A DNA stretch of 64,000 bases from contig NC_082728.1 in assembly GCF_030144855.1 (NCBI RefSeq), positions 45,446,001-45,510,000 of the forward strand. The letters are read 5' to 3'. Below the pieces are notes generated by a model. That model saw nothing but the letters and a program-made list of their open reading frames with translations, searched no databases and was not told the origin of the DNA. The first letter of the stretch is position 1. Each line of letters begins with the position of its first letter. This document shows, piece after piece, positions 48,553 to 62,600 of the stretch. Origin of the DNA: Hypanus sabinus (lineage: Eukaryota). Both the position numbers and the translations under genes were made by a program.

Positions 48553-49519
48553 AAAAAATTGGAAATACCATAATGATTTACAGTACTGATGCAATTAATA
48601 ATTTCCAATTTAGTGTTTAACATTATCTCACTGCTTTTATTACTACAGTAAATTCCCTCTATAAATCTATATGTGAATTTACTGTGACGAGGAAGCTCCA
48701 TTAATAATAAATACAGATACTTCATGCATGTCATATTTTGTGGTTTGAAATTCTGCAAAAATATGGTTTTGGTATGCAGCTAATATTAATACCTAATCAG
48801 CAGACAGCCACTTCTCCAAAAGACTCGGATTTATATTTTGAGCTTCCAAATTTCTCTAGCTATTAGTCTGACTCTGCATTCAGCTTAACTACTAAAATAG
48901 CCAGCATGATGGCTTCTCACCCATGGAGTTCAGCTTTAAATCACAAAGGAGGCAAAGCATTATTAGGTTTTAACAACTTTTTCTACAACCTTTGGTAATT
49001 TACTTGTGCTAACTTTGTTGACCTGAGGTCAGCTCAGCACGTAGATACCAAGGCAATAAAATGAAGGAATCCTAAACATTTAGCAAGAAGTCTAATGTAT
49101 ATGGCTAAACGGATCAGTCCCCTGACTTGAATCAGAGGCTTTCCAGTACTTACACTGACAACAAACATTTTCAACCAAACCCCACATTAAACACAAAGTC
49201 AACATTAATTTTAATGTAACTCCACAATTCACCATTGACTTTGGTGCTGTGTACATGTCAATCAGAGCTTGAAATAAACAAAAGACACAGACAGCAATGT
49301 ACACGTCGACTGCATCCCTCCTAGAGCTGCATTCACTGGGCTTTTTCTCAGATAGTTGGGGAGTGATCTGGATACATTGTAACTTGGAACATTCATGTTT
49401 CATGTCAAGACAATTACATTGATTAATTTCAACTGACTTCAGTGGATAAATTTACCATTTTCAAGAATTAATTACTTGGAAACAAGTTTGGGTTTGTGCT
49501 CATTCCATCAGGTCAATGA

Positions 49520-50290
49520 CACACCCCCATTTTTCCAAAAAACACTGGGCAGATTTTGCTTCCAGGTGTCACCATTCCTGGGTATACAGGAGGAAAGAAG
49601 TCTTGGAAGGCTGGGACCAGCCTGTAAGCGTCATTTCAAAGAAAGCACAACAGCCCCTCAACTTTCTTAGAAGTTTGTGCAAATCTGGCAGATTATCTAT
49701 AACTTTGACAAACTCCAATAGATGCATGGTGAAGGTTATCCAGCCTGGTTGCATCACAGTCTGGTATGGAAACACCAGTGCCCAAGAATGGAGAAGCCCA
49801 CAAAAAGGGAATACAGTTCATTCCATCATAGGGAAAGCCCTCCCCACTATTGAACATATCTACAAGAGAGCTGTTACAGGAAAGCAGCATCTACCAAGGA
49901 CCCCCACCATGAAGGTCATGCTCTCTTCTCACTGCTACCATCATCAGGAAGGAGGTACAGGAGCCTTAGGTGCCATGCCCCAGGGTTTAGTTACAGGTAC
50001 TCTTCAACCATTAGGCTCCAGAACCAGCATGGACAACTCCTCCCATCATAACACTGAACTGATCACAACATTCAATATTCTACAACTCATGTTCTTGGTA
50101 TTATTTACTTATTTATTAACAGGACATTGTTATTATATCTGCACATTTCCTCCTTTTGCACGTTGGTTACTTGTCAGTCCTTGTGTGCTGTTGTCCATTG
50201 ATTCTATTGTATTTCTTTGTTCTACTGTGAATGCAGGCAAGAAAATGAAAGTATGCACTTTGATAATAAATTTATTTTGAACTTTGAACA
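49520..50290 (+). mobile_element. Rex1/Babar-like LINE 3' fragment
   Basis: KKAQQPLNFLRSL, GCITVWYGN; tail aataaatttattttgaactttgaa. Confidence 0.8.
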
Positions 50291-51324
50291 CATGACTGGG
50301 GAAGAACTCATTTGGGCTCCTGGCATAATCTGGCCTGTAGTTGATCATTAGACAACAGGACTCAGGAGCAGGTCAGCCAGACAGCCTTTTCAGCATGTCC
50401 CACCACCTTAAGATTATGACCAGATTGATCTTGGCCTCAATTCCACTCATATCTGTTCCGCTATGATAAGACTCTTGCATGAACCGCTGATATGATAAAA
50501 GTGACCAATTAACCTCTTAAATCTACCTTTCTTTGGTCCTTGCACCTTAATGGTCTCCCTGTATGGTACTTCTTCTGCAATCATAACACTACATTTTGCA
50601 TTCTGTTTTTGCTTTTTCTTCTGTACTTCCTTGATGTACTTACATTTGGATGGTACATTAACAAAACTTTCACTGTATCTCAGTACATGTGGCAATAATA
50701 AAACAATTATCAATTAACTCCCCCATAGAGTGAATACCCTTCCATCTCAGACTTGAATATATTCCATGACTAAGCCTTCAGAGTTCTCCAGAGTCCTCCA
50801 CATCTGTATCAATCAGAGGACAATCCATTATTTTGAAAGTATTCCCCCTAAACAGATTCTCCTGTCAGGGAAAACATTCTCCCAACAACTGCTCCATGAA
50901 GCTCTCTCAGAATTTTACAGTCTCATTTAGATCAGCCCTCATTCTTTTAAATTCCAGTGGGAAGAAGTTCCTTCTGGTTCAGTTTCTATGGATACGCTGG
51001 CTGAAAGAGGACAAGAGTGAACAAAAGGAGTCGGTGCCCTCCTCTGACAGAAGGATGATTCCCACCTCTCTGTCCCACTCGATTCAACATATGCAGCCAG
51101 GTCTCTGCAGCTGGCTCTTACCAACACTTCTCAAAGATCCCCTGTCCTTCCCTTTTCTTGCATATTAATTTGTGAGCACATTTTCTGTTCCCCCATCTAC
51201 CCAGCGTGTTTCTATCCTTACCGCGCTCTCGCTGTTGTTTGAAATGGTAGGGCTCCTTGCTCTCAGTCAATCAGCTTCTCAAAGACAGGAAAAAGACAAA
51301 AAAATGAATCGAAATTCCTCTGTC

Positions 51325-51597
51325 CAATTTACTTATTTATTGAGATACAGCGTGGAATAGGCCTTTTAAGCTATTCGAGTGGCACCACTAGCAATTCTCC
51401 AATTTATTGCTAGCCTAACCACGGGACAATTTACAATGACCAATAAACCTACCAACCGGTATGTTTTTGGACTGTGGGAGGAAACCTGCACGGTCACGGG
51501 GAGAATGTACAAACTCCATGCAGGCAGTAGCAGGAATTGAACCCAGGTCCCTCGTACCGTAAAGCATTGTGCTAACCACTATGCTACTGTGCTGCCC
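51325..51597 (-). mobile_element. HE1/V-SINE-like element
   Basis: Full copy, uninterrupted aacctaccaaccgg site. Confidence 0.85.
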
Positions 51598-52687
51598 CAA
51601 GATTTGACAAGAGCTCATGGAAACACATAATCTTCATCAGGTTTGCAATTGTTTGCACCCCCCCCCCCATGAACTCTGCTGACTCACTGCATGTATTAGA
51701 GCCAATAACTTAATCCCTCCAGCCCATGCTCCAGTTCGTATCAATACTCTTTCATAACAACCCAAGCTTCCTGCTTGTAAATCTATTCTATCCGTCTAAT
51801 CTCTCAACTTTACAAGTGCAGAGATGTTCTTATCTCCACTGGTTTTGAGCTTAGCTTCTGTCTGGCACTGCTGCTTCATTCTGGGCCTGACTTATGTGCT
51901 GCAGACAGGGGATCCAGGTTCACAACAAAGCAGCAGTTTCCGATAAGAGCCACAACAGGGACCAGCAGAGGAGACACCAGCCACTGCAAAATCAACAGCC
52001 TGTGTCAGACCCCATGGTGCAGTAAGTAAACCATAGCACTGCAAACTCACGCTTCAGTCTCCGAATTGCCACCCAGGGGATTAGGACATAGATGTATCTC
52101 TGCATGCGATTATTTGTTTACATTCCCTGTACTCTTCCTGCCATTGTAACATTATATTTGGCATTCTGTTTCTCTTACCAGTACCTCGAAATGACCTGTC
52201 TGGATGGCACATAAACAGTGAAAATCTTTTCAGTGTATCTCAGTACATGTGACATTCAGTGAACCAAAACCAGTACCACACACCACCAATAGCTGGTTCA
52301 TCTGTTTCAACGGTTCATCCATTTCATCAGTTTCAAAGACAAGTACTGGCTTGCTGCAGTTACAAGACTGAAATGCGCTGTGGCTACCTCCCAACAAATT
52401 TTAATGACCTGTGTAATGAGCAGATTCTCCATTGCTTACAACCCTCAGAAGAGAGATAGGCGGTTCAACAATTTCAGTCAATCAATGAGAGAGATCACGA
52501 AATACCATTACTCTGTTTTGCAGACAAATTATATTGACCATCTCGCTCTTCAAGGTTTCAATCTAATATATGCAGCCTTTAGAGAAAGTTTGTTCTGAAT
52601 ACCTCATTGCCAAATTAAAATCCACAGTCAGGATTATGTCCATTATCTATAACTTCATGTTATTTTCACTCACAATGATACAACTTA

Positions 52688-52967
52688 ATTTATTTATTTA
52701 TTGAGATACTACACGGAATAGGCTCTTTTGGCCTTTCGAGCCATACCACCCAGTAACCTGAGATATAACCCTAGCCTAATCACAGGACAATTTACAATGA
52801 CAAATTAACCCACGCCTTTGGACTGTGGGAGGAAACTGGAGCATTCGGAGGAAACCCACAGGGGCACAGTGAGGATGTACAAACTTGCTACAGACAGCGG
52901 CCCGAATTGAACTCATCTCGTTGGTACTGTAAAGCATTGTGCTAAACATTATGCTACAGTGCTGCCC
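52688..52967 (-). mobile_element. HE1/V-SINE-like element
   Basis: Full copy with a short deletion right after ttaacc. Confidence 0.85.
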
Positions 52968-53334
52968 TTACTTATCGGCTAAAAGAAATCCCTTATATAG
53001 TGCTACATGTTTCTTTTCTCGGGGAGACCTCACTGGCAATGCGATATAGTGTTCAAACATCGTGCTCTTGTAATTTAATGAATTTTGTAAGCAGAGGACT
53101 GAGTGGTTCAGCATGGTCTAGTGTGAATAAACTCTCTTTCTCATTTACTGAGTTCTGGAAAATTGAATACGTGGCTCCTTCTTCCTGCTTCTAAGTTTCT
53201 AATCGGAATTTTTAAGACTTCAACTACTAGTAGAGGTCACTGAAGGAAATCCCTATGACATTCGGCCAAAAAGTATCTAACTCTCCGCCACACCAGACAT
53301 TCAATTACAAACTTCCCTGCCAGGATTTCAGAGA

Positions 53335-54265
53335 GTCAAAGTCAAAGTAAATTTATTATCAAAATATATCTACGTTACCATCCACTACCTTGAGATTCAT
53401 TTTCTTGCAGGTATTTGCAGGAAAATAAAGAAATGCAATAGAATTCATGAAAATCTATTAATAAACAAAGTGACAAGCAACCAAAGTGCAAAAGAAGCCT
53501 AAGTCAGCAAATTAAAAAATAATAATACTGAGAACATGAGTTGTAGAGAACTTGAATGTGTGTTTAGAGAATGTGGAATCATTCAGGGTTGTGGTGAATT
53601 AAGTTATTCACACTTATTTAGGAGGCTGATTTTAGTAGGGTAATAACTGTTCCTGAACCTGGTGGTGTGGGACCTAAGGGCTGTTACTGTTTTTGATCAG
53701 TGTTCTTGAACAACCAAAGAGAGGAAGAGGTAACAAGTATATGCTGCCTTTCATGTCTCTGCAATGTATTGATATTGGTTTATTATTGTCATATGTACCA
53801 AAATACAGTGAAAAGCTTGTCTTGCAAACCAATCGTTACACAATGCATTGAGCCAGAATAAGGTAAAACAATAAAAAAGCAGAGTTAAGTCTAAAAGTCA
53901 GCAAAATAGTGTAGTGCAGGTCAACGATAAGTGGAAGATCATAAGGAGGGAGACTATAAGGTCAAGTGTCCATCTCATCTTACAAGAAGACAGTTCAAGA
54001 ATCTGATTACAGTGGAACCGAAGCTGTCCTTGAGCCTGGTGGTACGTGCTTACAGGATTTTGTAACTTCTACCCGATGGGAGAGGGAAGACGAGAGAACG
54101 TCTAGGGTGGGTGAGGTGTTCGATTATGCTGGCTGCATTACTGAAACAGTGAGAGGTACAGACAGAATCCATAAAGGGGGGTGGGGTCAGGGATTGGTTC
54201 CTGGGATGTGCTGAGCCGTCTCTACACTCTCCGCAGTTTCTTACGGTCATGTGCTGAGCAGCTGC
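53335..54265 (-). mobile_element. Two adjacent Rex1/Babar-like 3' fragments
   Basis: tcaaagtcaaagtaaatttattatcaaa tail (53335-53680); second fragment 53770-54265 with AASIIEH.THP..LPSGR. Confidence 0.75.
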
Positions 54266-57091
54266 AGGGAGTTGGGGACACAGATTAGCTCATGACACTG
54301 CCCACCTGTGCCCACAACACTGTCCCACACTGCATCCTTATTATTCCAGTACTTCCACTGCTAGAAAATGGATGACCAGTTTGATTGTGTCGCTGGGTGG
54401 AGAAAGATTGGTCAGTGCTCCAAGAGGTGAAGACAAGAGGTTCTGAAGATGCTGGAAAACTCGATCAATGCACACAAAATGCTGGAGAAACTTGGCAAGA
54501 GTTGAGGAATCCAACAGACCTCAATTTGCCTTCTTTTAAATGTTCTCAGAGCTCCACCTGAGTCAGACCACTGAATGGGAATATTTTTAACAGTGTAGAA
54601 CATCCTTGGTACTCCAACAAAGAACCTTGCAACATGGGGTGATGTAGTTATGTCATTGTACAGGTAATCCAGACACCTGGTCCTGACATACGCCATCTAA
54701 ATCTACCATGGTAGCTGGACACCTGAATTCAAACTTGTTTAATAAATAGAGAATCAGAAACTAGTATCAGGAATGGTGTTCACAAAATTATAACAGCTGG
54801 AATAAAAACATTTACATATTTCAATGCATATCATAGAGAAGGAAAATTTGCCCTTCTTTCCGACTGCTGTCTATTTATGGGTCCAGATCACAGGAACAGC
54901 TTGAACTTTGAATGCTTTCTGAAATAGTAGAGTGTCACTCATTTGATTCAAAACTATCATAAGATAATAAAACAAAAATAAGCAATTAGACCTCGGAAAA
55001 TTAACAATGTCAAATTTGGACAAGTTATTAGCTCATCCAGGAAACCTTCCTCACTAACATCTGGAAATGTGTAAAAGTTAGGAGAGCTGATCTGTGGATG
55101 AATCAAGCAACGACTTGATGTAGGTATATCGACAGCATGTCCTACAGTTCAGCTGAAATCTCACTCCTTCCGTTGGATTGTCAGATGGACAGAGTTGGGC
55201 CACAGTGTCATCAAGTCAGAAGAGAATAAGCCAAAGGATCAACAATGATTCACAATTCCAGTGTAGGCCACCATTGCCAAGGAAACAACCATTTAAAACC
55301 TTTAAGTAAAGCCTTTATGTAAAGCCTCTTGTTTTTTTTTGTCATGATAAGTGACCAATTAAAGAACTAACAGCAGGAAGTACAAGAACATCTGTGATAG
55401 TTTTCATCTGTGACAGTTGTGTGAAATACATTGCTGAGTTATTTGCAAAGCTCCATCAGAAATGTCAGAAGGATGATCCACTTTTACACTTACTTTGCCC
55501 TCCACTTTCATAAAAGGGTAATGTACTGTTTGTTCAGGAGGAACAAAAGTGGAGGTTAAATCACAGGGGAAACTGCAATTTCAGTTGATTGTAGCTAGCA
55601 GAAGATTACATTGAGGAATTTCTATCCACAACTATACTGCAGGAAGTCAAGGGCACATTATAGACAACAGGTGAAGAGGTGTAGTGATACCACTGAGTTG
55701 CACTGAATATTGATGTTCTACAATTCTAACCAAGTACTTCCAGAACAGATGCAGAATTGAATAGATACATGGATGGGAGGGCAGGTCAATGAGACTAAAC
55801 AGAATAACAGCTTGGCATTGAGTAGATGGACCGATGAGCCCATTTCCATACTGGAGTGCCCTATGACTCTATAGTTGGACATGTTGTGACAAGATGGAAA
55901 GTTACCTATGTATGTCTTCTTCACAAGAAAAAAAGGACAAATGTAATTCTGCTATTTACTGGTCTCAACTACCAGGTAGTTGATCTGATCCTAGAAGGTA
56001 AGCAGTTAAAGTTCAAAGTCAATGTGCAGGGCACAGAGAGTGACATTTGCCTGGAACGTGCTGCAAGGGGCAGTTTTGCAGGCAAATACGCTGAAGGCAT
56101 TTAAGAAGCTCATAGATTGGCTTGTGAGTGTGCAGAAAATGGAGGGATATGGATGTTGTGTAGGAAGAAGGAATAGTTTAGTTAAACTTTTAATTAACTT
56201 GGCACAAGATCGTGAATTGAACATCCTGTTCCTGTTCTATACTGTTCTATGTGTGAATAAACCTCTTACAAAAGTTCATTCTGATTTCTGGCTTCAGTCA
56301 TTTCTATTCTCATTGCAAGTATGAACAAAAGAGTGATATTTCAAGGATGAACAAGCAACTGTGGGATCATCTTAAAATAAAGCTCTTAAATCTCAACAAA
56401 GCTGAGGTCAGGGAATCAGGAGGAATACACCCAACCAGTCACAAGGACATCCCACACAGGTCATCATCTCAGTATCAAGAGATTGTTTTGGATACTGCTC
56501 AGGATAATTCCCCAGTCTCATCACAACCAACTGCTTCAGCAATGACCTTCGTCCTATCGTAATATTTGAAACTGGGGTCCACCTATGATTGCAACATTTT
56601 TCCTTCCACTTGCTGCTCCTTGGATAACATACCAGCCCCATGCTACTCTGTGGCAAAACCTGAACAGCACTAAAATATCATTCATTAACTAGCAAATTAT
56701 ATTCTAGTCACAAGTTATCATCAATCATCATCAGCAAACCTTTTCTGTGAAAAGGGTTGATTCAATGATTCAATGGTTTAATGTGTCAGAGAAGGTATAC
56801 AGTATACAGCCCAAATTGTCATATTGAATACTGTATACATTCTCTGATATCAAATAGCAATTGACAGTCAAATTCTGCACCAAACACATTGTTTTATTAC
56901 TAATTAGAACAAACACACATCTGTTACAATAGCAAGTCAGGAGCTGAGTGCTTATCTAATACATTAGTTGGATCCTTAAAACTTTTTCACCTTCAGCGTG
57001 ATAGAATAATGTCTGTTTGCCTAGACGGCTGCAATTCCAACAACATTCAAGAAGCACAACACAATCCAGAAGAGTTGTGCCAATCGATTAA

Positions 57092-57224
57092 CAATGAAGG
57101 CTCTTGGCCTGAAACGTTGACTGTACTCCTTGTCATAGACGTTGCCCGGCCTGCAGAGTTCCTCCAGCATTTTGGAAGAACTTGCTTGGATTTCCAGCAT
57201 CTGCAGATTTTCTCTTGCTTGTGA
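57092..57224 (+). mobile_element. PLE 3' terminus truncated within the HHR core
   Basis: atga-aggctcttggcct-GAAACGTT-gactg followed by the canonical tail ggatttccagcatctgcagatttt. Confidence 0.8.
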
Positions 57225-58227
57225 TTTGCACTGATTCTTCCACCAGTAATATTCTCCCTACCACCAACAGCTGCCACAGTGTGGCTTGCCAAGGTTTCTT
57301 TGACTCCTAAATCCACAGGTTCATGAGGCGCATGGAAAAACCAACCACTTCCATGTACAAACTCCAATATGCCAGTTGCTTCTTCAAACCCAGCTACATT
57401 ATTGTACATGCAATTTCTATCCATTTTGCTGTGTGTTCACAAAATGTACTCTTGGTCTCTTAACTTTCAAAAATGTTTTATATATTTTGTCACTTTAAAG
57501 AATGAGAGGAGCTATGGTTATAGTTTTCCAGGACACATGTATCAAAAACACTTATGCAGTGAACTTACAGCACTCTTCTCCTGAACCAGCAGAGCATTCT
57601 TCTGCTCTAGCTCCTGAATTCGCAAAGGAAGTTTATCTGTTTTTTCAACAGCCAGTTTTAGCTCCTCCTCCTTTGCCCTCATCTTGATGTTTTGACCTGT
57701 CACATGAAGTGGTTTAACCTACAAAAGGAAAATCTTGTTAAGACATGCCTTTTCAGAAGTGTTACACAGATGCCACTTCACAAAAGGAGAAGTGCAAAAA
57801 AAAACAGCATCACAATAAACCTCTCCAAAATAAATCTTGCTCAGAACATTCCCCTTAATTTCAATGCACACTGAGACTGATTGAGTAACGTCTGAGACAG
57901 AATTTGTAACATTCTTAGCATGCATTGGTTACTGAATCTCCATCCTACTCTTAAGCTTTACAAGGATGACTGTGAATGAGCATTAGTGAAACCAGATCAT
58001 CATGAGTGTTAAGATAAATCATAATGTAACCCCTGTCCCTGGCCATTCCTCACAATAAAGATGTAAAAAGTACAAAACTTGTTGTGAAAAGAACTTTTCT
58101 GTTAGCTCTATCCATTCATGCACATTACTTTGCATGGTATATATGTTCTAAGATTTCGTAAATTCTTGCAGAGAAATGCATTTATGGTATTAGACGTATT
58201 AAAATTCAGAAACTATTTGTCAACTGT

Positions 58228-58780
58228 TCAAAAGTTAAAAGTAATTTTATTATCAAAGTACAATAATGTCACCATATAAAATCCTGAGATCCATTTTCTT
58301 GAGGGCATATTCAGTAATTCCAATAATCATAACAGAATCAGTGAAGGAACACACCCAGAAGGACAGACAAATATTGTACGAAAGGCAACAAACTACAGAT
58401 ACAAAAGAAGGAAATAATATTAATAAGTAAATAAGCAATAAGTATTGAGAACATGATATGAAGAGTCCTTGAAAATGAGTCCATAGGTTGTGGGAACAAT
58501 TCAGTGATGGGGCAAGTGAAGCTGAGTGACGTTATCTCCACTGGTTCCAGATCATGATGGTTGGGTGGTAATAACTGTTCCTGAACCTGGTAGTGCGAGT
58601 CCCGAGTCTCCTATACCTTCTTCCTGATGGTAGCAGTGAGAAGAGAACATGACGTGGGTGGTGGGGGTCCCTGATGATGGATGCTGCTTTTCTCTGACAG
58701 CACTCCATGTAGATGTGCGCACTGGTGGGGAAGACTTTACATGTGATGTACTGGGCCGTATCAACTACTTTTTATAAGAA
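58228..58780 (-). mobile_element. Rex1/Babar-like 3' fragment
   Basis: Same tail and ctgttcctgaacctggt...cctgatggtagc...gatgctgc motifs. Confidence 0.8.
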
Positions 58781-59422
58781 CTGTTAAAACGGGTGACCAG
58801 AAATATTCCTGCCCATTTGGTACAAACCAAAACTTGGAAGTGTCCATTCTCACATCAATAAACAGACAGACAAGAAAATACCATAGTGACATACCATTAC
58901 AGATTGACATGCTTCACTATGGCCTCTACAGGGTCAGAATAAAGACAAATCAAAGGGCAATTCTGGTAGTGTGAAAATACAAAGTCTTTCTATTGCATGG
59001 CTTTATTTCCTCTAGAGCAAACAGCAACTAAAACAAGGGCAATGGATTAAAACCACATCAAAAGGCTTAAATTAAACCAATGCAAACTTGTATTATTTCA
59101 CACATGACTGGTATTTGGAGAATAATATTAAATTGTATATTTCAGCCACGTTATAGAAACATAGCAATTTTCTGAACTCACCTGAGAAAGTACCATCTAG
59201 AATTGTCATCTGCAAGTAATCATTGCTCAGTTCCAGACATAACAATTGAGCAATCAAAGGAATGCAAAACCTCCTGCTTGGTCTGAATACTTCCCATGTG
59301 CACCAGTTGAGAATAAGAAAATAAATGGCAAATATAGCAGGATATTCCACACATACTGAGGTGTTGCTCAGTTGTTTAACCGCAGAAGGCAACAGTGGAA
59401 AATAATCGTGAAAAATTCCTTA

Positions 59423-59612
59423 TTTGTACGTTCTCCACATAAACGTATGGGTTTCCTCTGGGTGCTCTAGTTTCCTACCACAGTCCGAATACTTACTGGT
59501 TGGTAGGTTAATTTCTCATTGTAAATTGTCCATGATTAGGCTAGGGTTAAATTGGGGGATTGCTGGGCAGTGCAACTCAAAGGGCCAGAAGGGTCTATTT
59601 TTGTTGTATCTC
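59423..59612 (+). mobile_element. HE1/V-SINE-like element, 5'-truncated
   Basis: V-domain and ctggttggtaggttaatt..ttgtaaattgtcc. Confidence 0.8.
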
Positions 59613-59629
59613 ATCACCACATCATAGGT

Positions 59630-62600
59630 GAGCATCTCGCTGAAAAAGGGGAAGAACACTAAGAAGCGAAATATCCCGATTCCCGTGTGTTTCTTTCAAT
59701 TAGTTTCTGGAGTTACAAAACAAATCAGTGGCAATGAGGAAGCTTTAAAATGAACCTGACACAACTACTGTACCTAGCTGATGAAGTGCAGTATGTTTTT
59801 ATTTGGAAGGTGAGTTTTAGAAAAGGCAAAAAAATGGGTGAAATTAACAAGCAACAAGTATAGACACAAGTTCATAAACAGTGAGTACCAGGTGACAATA
59901 ACAAAAAATTGTTAAAAAGAATGGAAATGGTTAGCTATAATGATAAGATAAATGTGTTTAATTGTAAGAAAGATAACTGAATGATGTATACTGAATGAAT
60001 TGAGTGGTACTATGAAGAAAATGAAAAAGCTGATGAAGTGCGAGTACCAGTATTGCTGAGAGCAATGGGTGGAAATGCATACAGTTTGCTTAGAAGTTTA
60101 ACTGCTCCAAATAAACCAGCCGAAATGAGCGTTGCTGATATCATGAATATAATGCAGGAAGATATAGAACTGAAACAGTTAGTGACTGCGGAACACTTTC
60201 AGTTTCATAAGCGTGATTAAAAGGAAAGGGAGTCCATTTCAGCTTGCGCAGCCAAATTGGAGAAATTGTGTTAGCATTGCTAGTTCAGCAGTAGCTTAGT
60301 GATGCACTGAGAGTTCATTTAATTTGTGGAATTTTATTAGAAATCATTCATAAATGGCTCCTAGCTGAAGCAAAACTCACATTTAAAAGGGAAATCGATG
60401 TATGAAATAGAAGCCAGCAATGCAACTGAGTTGCAGTCAGGAATGAAAATGAGTGTGAACAAAATTGCAGTCTAAACAGAAATCTGCCTGGCTAAACAAG
60501 TAATGTTGGGATTGTGGCAGCATCTCACATACATCAGACCAATGCAGGTTTAAAGATGAAATTTGCAGAAAATGCAACACATTAGGACACATACAAAGAA
60601 CATGTTGGTCAGACAAAAATAAATGGACTGCACAGGGAAGAGATAAAAATTAAAAGTCAAATTGCAGTTCCAAAAAGAGTGTTAATCTGCATGCTATTAA
60701 AGAAAGATCTGAAAATGATGAGAGTGACCACAGAACTGGGTAGCCTTGAGATTTATAATGGCAAAACTGACAATAGACAAGCAATATGGTTTACATGAGA
60801 AGTGAATGTCAAATTAACTTGTTATGTACCCGTGGGTGTCCTGTGACTGTCACATGACCATGATGTAATTGAGGCTCTGCTGGGCATGATGTAATGATCT
60901 AATGATCTTGTGATGGTGGAGTGATATAATTTTCCCACCAGTGACAGGTCATGTGATGTTTTTTTTTTAAACAGGGTATGAAAGGAGAACCCCTCCCTGT
61001 GACGCAGGTCAGTTCATGGCTTAAGTCGTCAGTGACTCGGTTCTGCTGCGTATTTGATTTTATGACGCAGTTTCGTTTTAAAAGTGGAGTTTTAATTTCT
61101 ACTGTAAGAATTGTTGTGCTGGCAGTTCTGAAAATCGCTGCCAGTTAAAGTCCAGTCAGAAAGTGAAGGATTATTGAAGTTTGGAAGACACAAAAGATCG
61201 AGGAAAGTTGATGTTGTCGGCAGTAAAACAGGTTTGACCTTATTTAATCTCCGTACGAGGAGTTAGTGACCTGTGTCCAAGATCGTTCCTGCATTCTGAA
61301 AGCAGAAAGAGCTGGACACAGCATTTTGCCAAGGAAAAGGTCAGTGCCTTTAAGCTGTTTCATTTCCTTCAATTGTAAATCCTTCGGGCAAGGCATACTT
61401 CGGCTGGGATCAGCAGTAACATCACGAAAGAGAATTTACTACTTCAAGGAAAGTCTCTCCTGACTGTAAATCATTTTGGACTTTTGCAATACTACTTTGA
61501 AGAACTAAGTTCGCATTTCTCGCTTTAAGAACTGTTTGGGTTGCCGTATAGCAGCTGACTTCCAGTGAAGTTAGTCGTTTGTTTACTTTTGGTTTTTTTA
61601 AGCAGTGTTTAATAAGTGTTTTATTTGTTATAAAAAACCTGTCTCAATTATATATTCATTATTGCTGAATTGTAACAAACTAAAATGAAGTTGGTCATTG
61701 TCTCAGCTGTTTCAGTAAATCCACAAAATGAGTTTGAACGGCATTTCAAAGATACTGAACTGAAGCCTGCAGATATCCATCTAAGAACTTATACTGGAGG
61801 AAAGATAATCCTGTGGGAATGATGTTTGTAACAGTGAAATACAATAACCAAGTAGCCACATTGGGCCAGTATTGTGGGGCCGTGATTGGCTCAGACAACT
61901 ACAACCTGATTGGAGATCCATCCAGTATTTACGTGCCATATCCCCTGCAATTGAGTCAACTGAAAGCGAATTAAGAAAGGTACTGGATGATTCCATAAGA
62001 GTGTTCAAGGATGGAATTGGAAAACTCAAACATATCAAGAGTAAAATAGGATAAAATGAAAAAGTCACACCCAGGTTTTATATACCCACCTGGTTCCTTA
62101 TGTAATCCATGATAAAGTAGCCTGTGAGCTAGATCGCATAGAGTGAAGGAATTCTTTCCGAAGTTGAATGGAGCCCATGGGTAATGCCAGGTGACCCAGT
62201 AGCCAAGAAGGACAGGTCTGTCAGTATCTGTGGTGATTTTAAGGTTACCATAAAGCCAGTACTGAAAGTAAGTCAATGCTCTCTGCACAGGATAGAGGAA
62301 TTTTTTTTGCAAACCTTTTTGCTGGGAAACACTTAATCAAGACAGACTTAGCTGAGGCCTGCCTACAGATGGAGATGAAAGTCCAAAGTATTCCTCACCA
62401 TGAACATTCACAAAGGCTTTATTGCTAATAATAGCCATTTTTGGAGTAGCTTCAGCATCACCTGCACTCTGGCAGAAAGCTATGGACCAGGTTTTGCCAG
62501 GCTGCCCAGGCAGTCAGTGTTACCTGGATGTCATCTTTGTTGTCAGTAAGGATGACAAGGAACATCTCCAAAATCTCAAAATGGTGTTAAAAATATTAGA

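Noticed and set aside
49516-50280. 254-aa ORF as a host gene
   Set aside because: Rex1/Babar RT C-terminal relic reading on into the 3' UTR.
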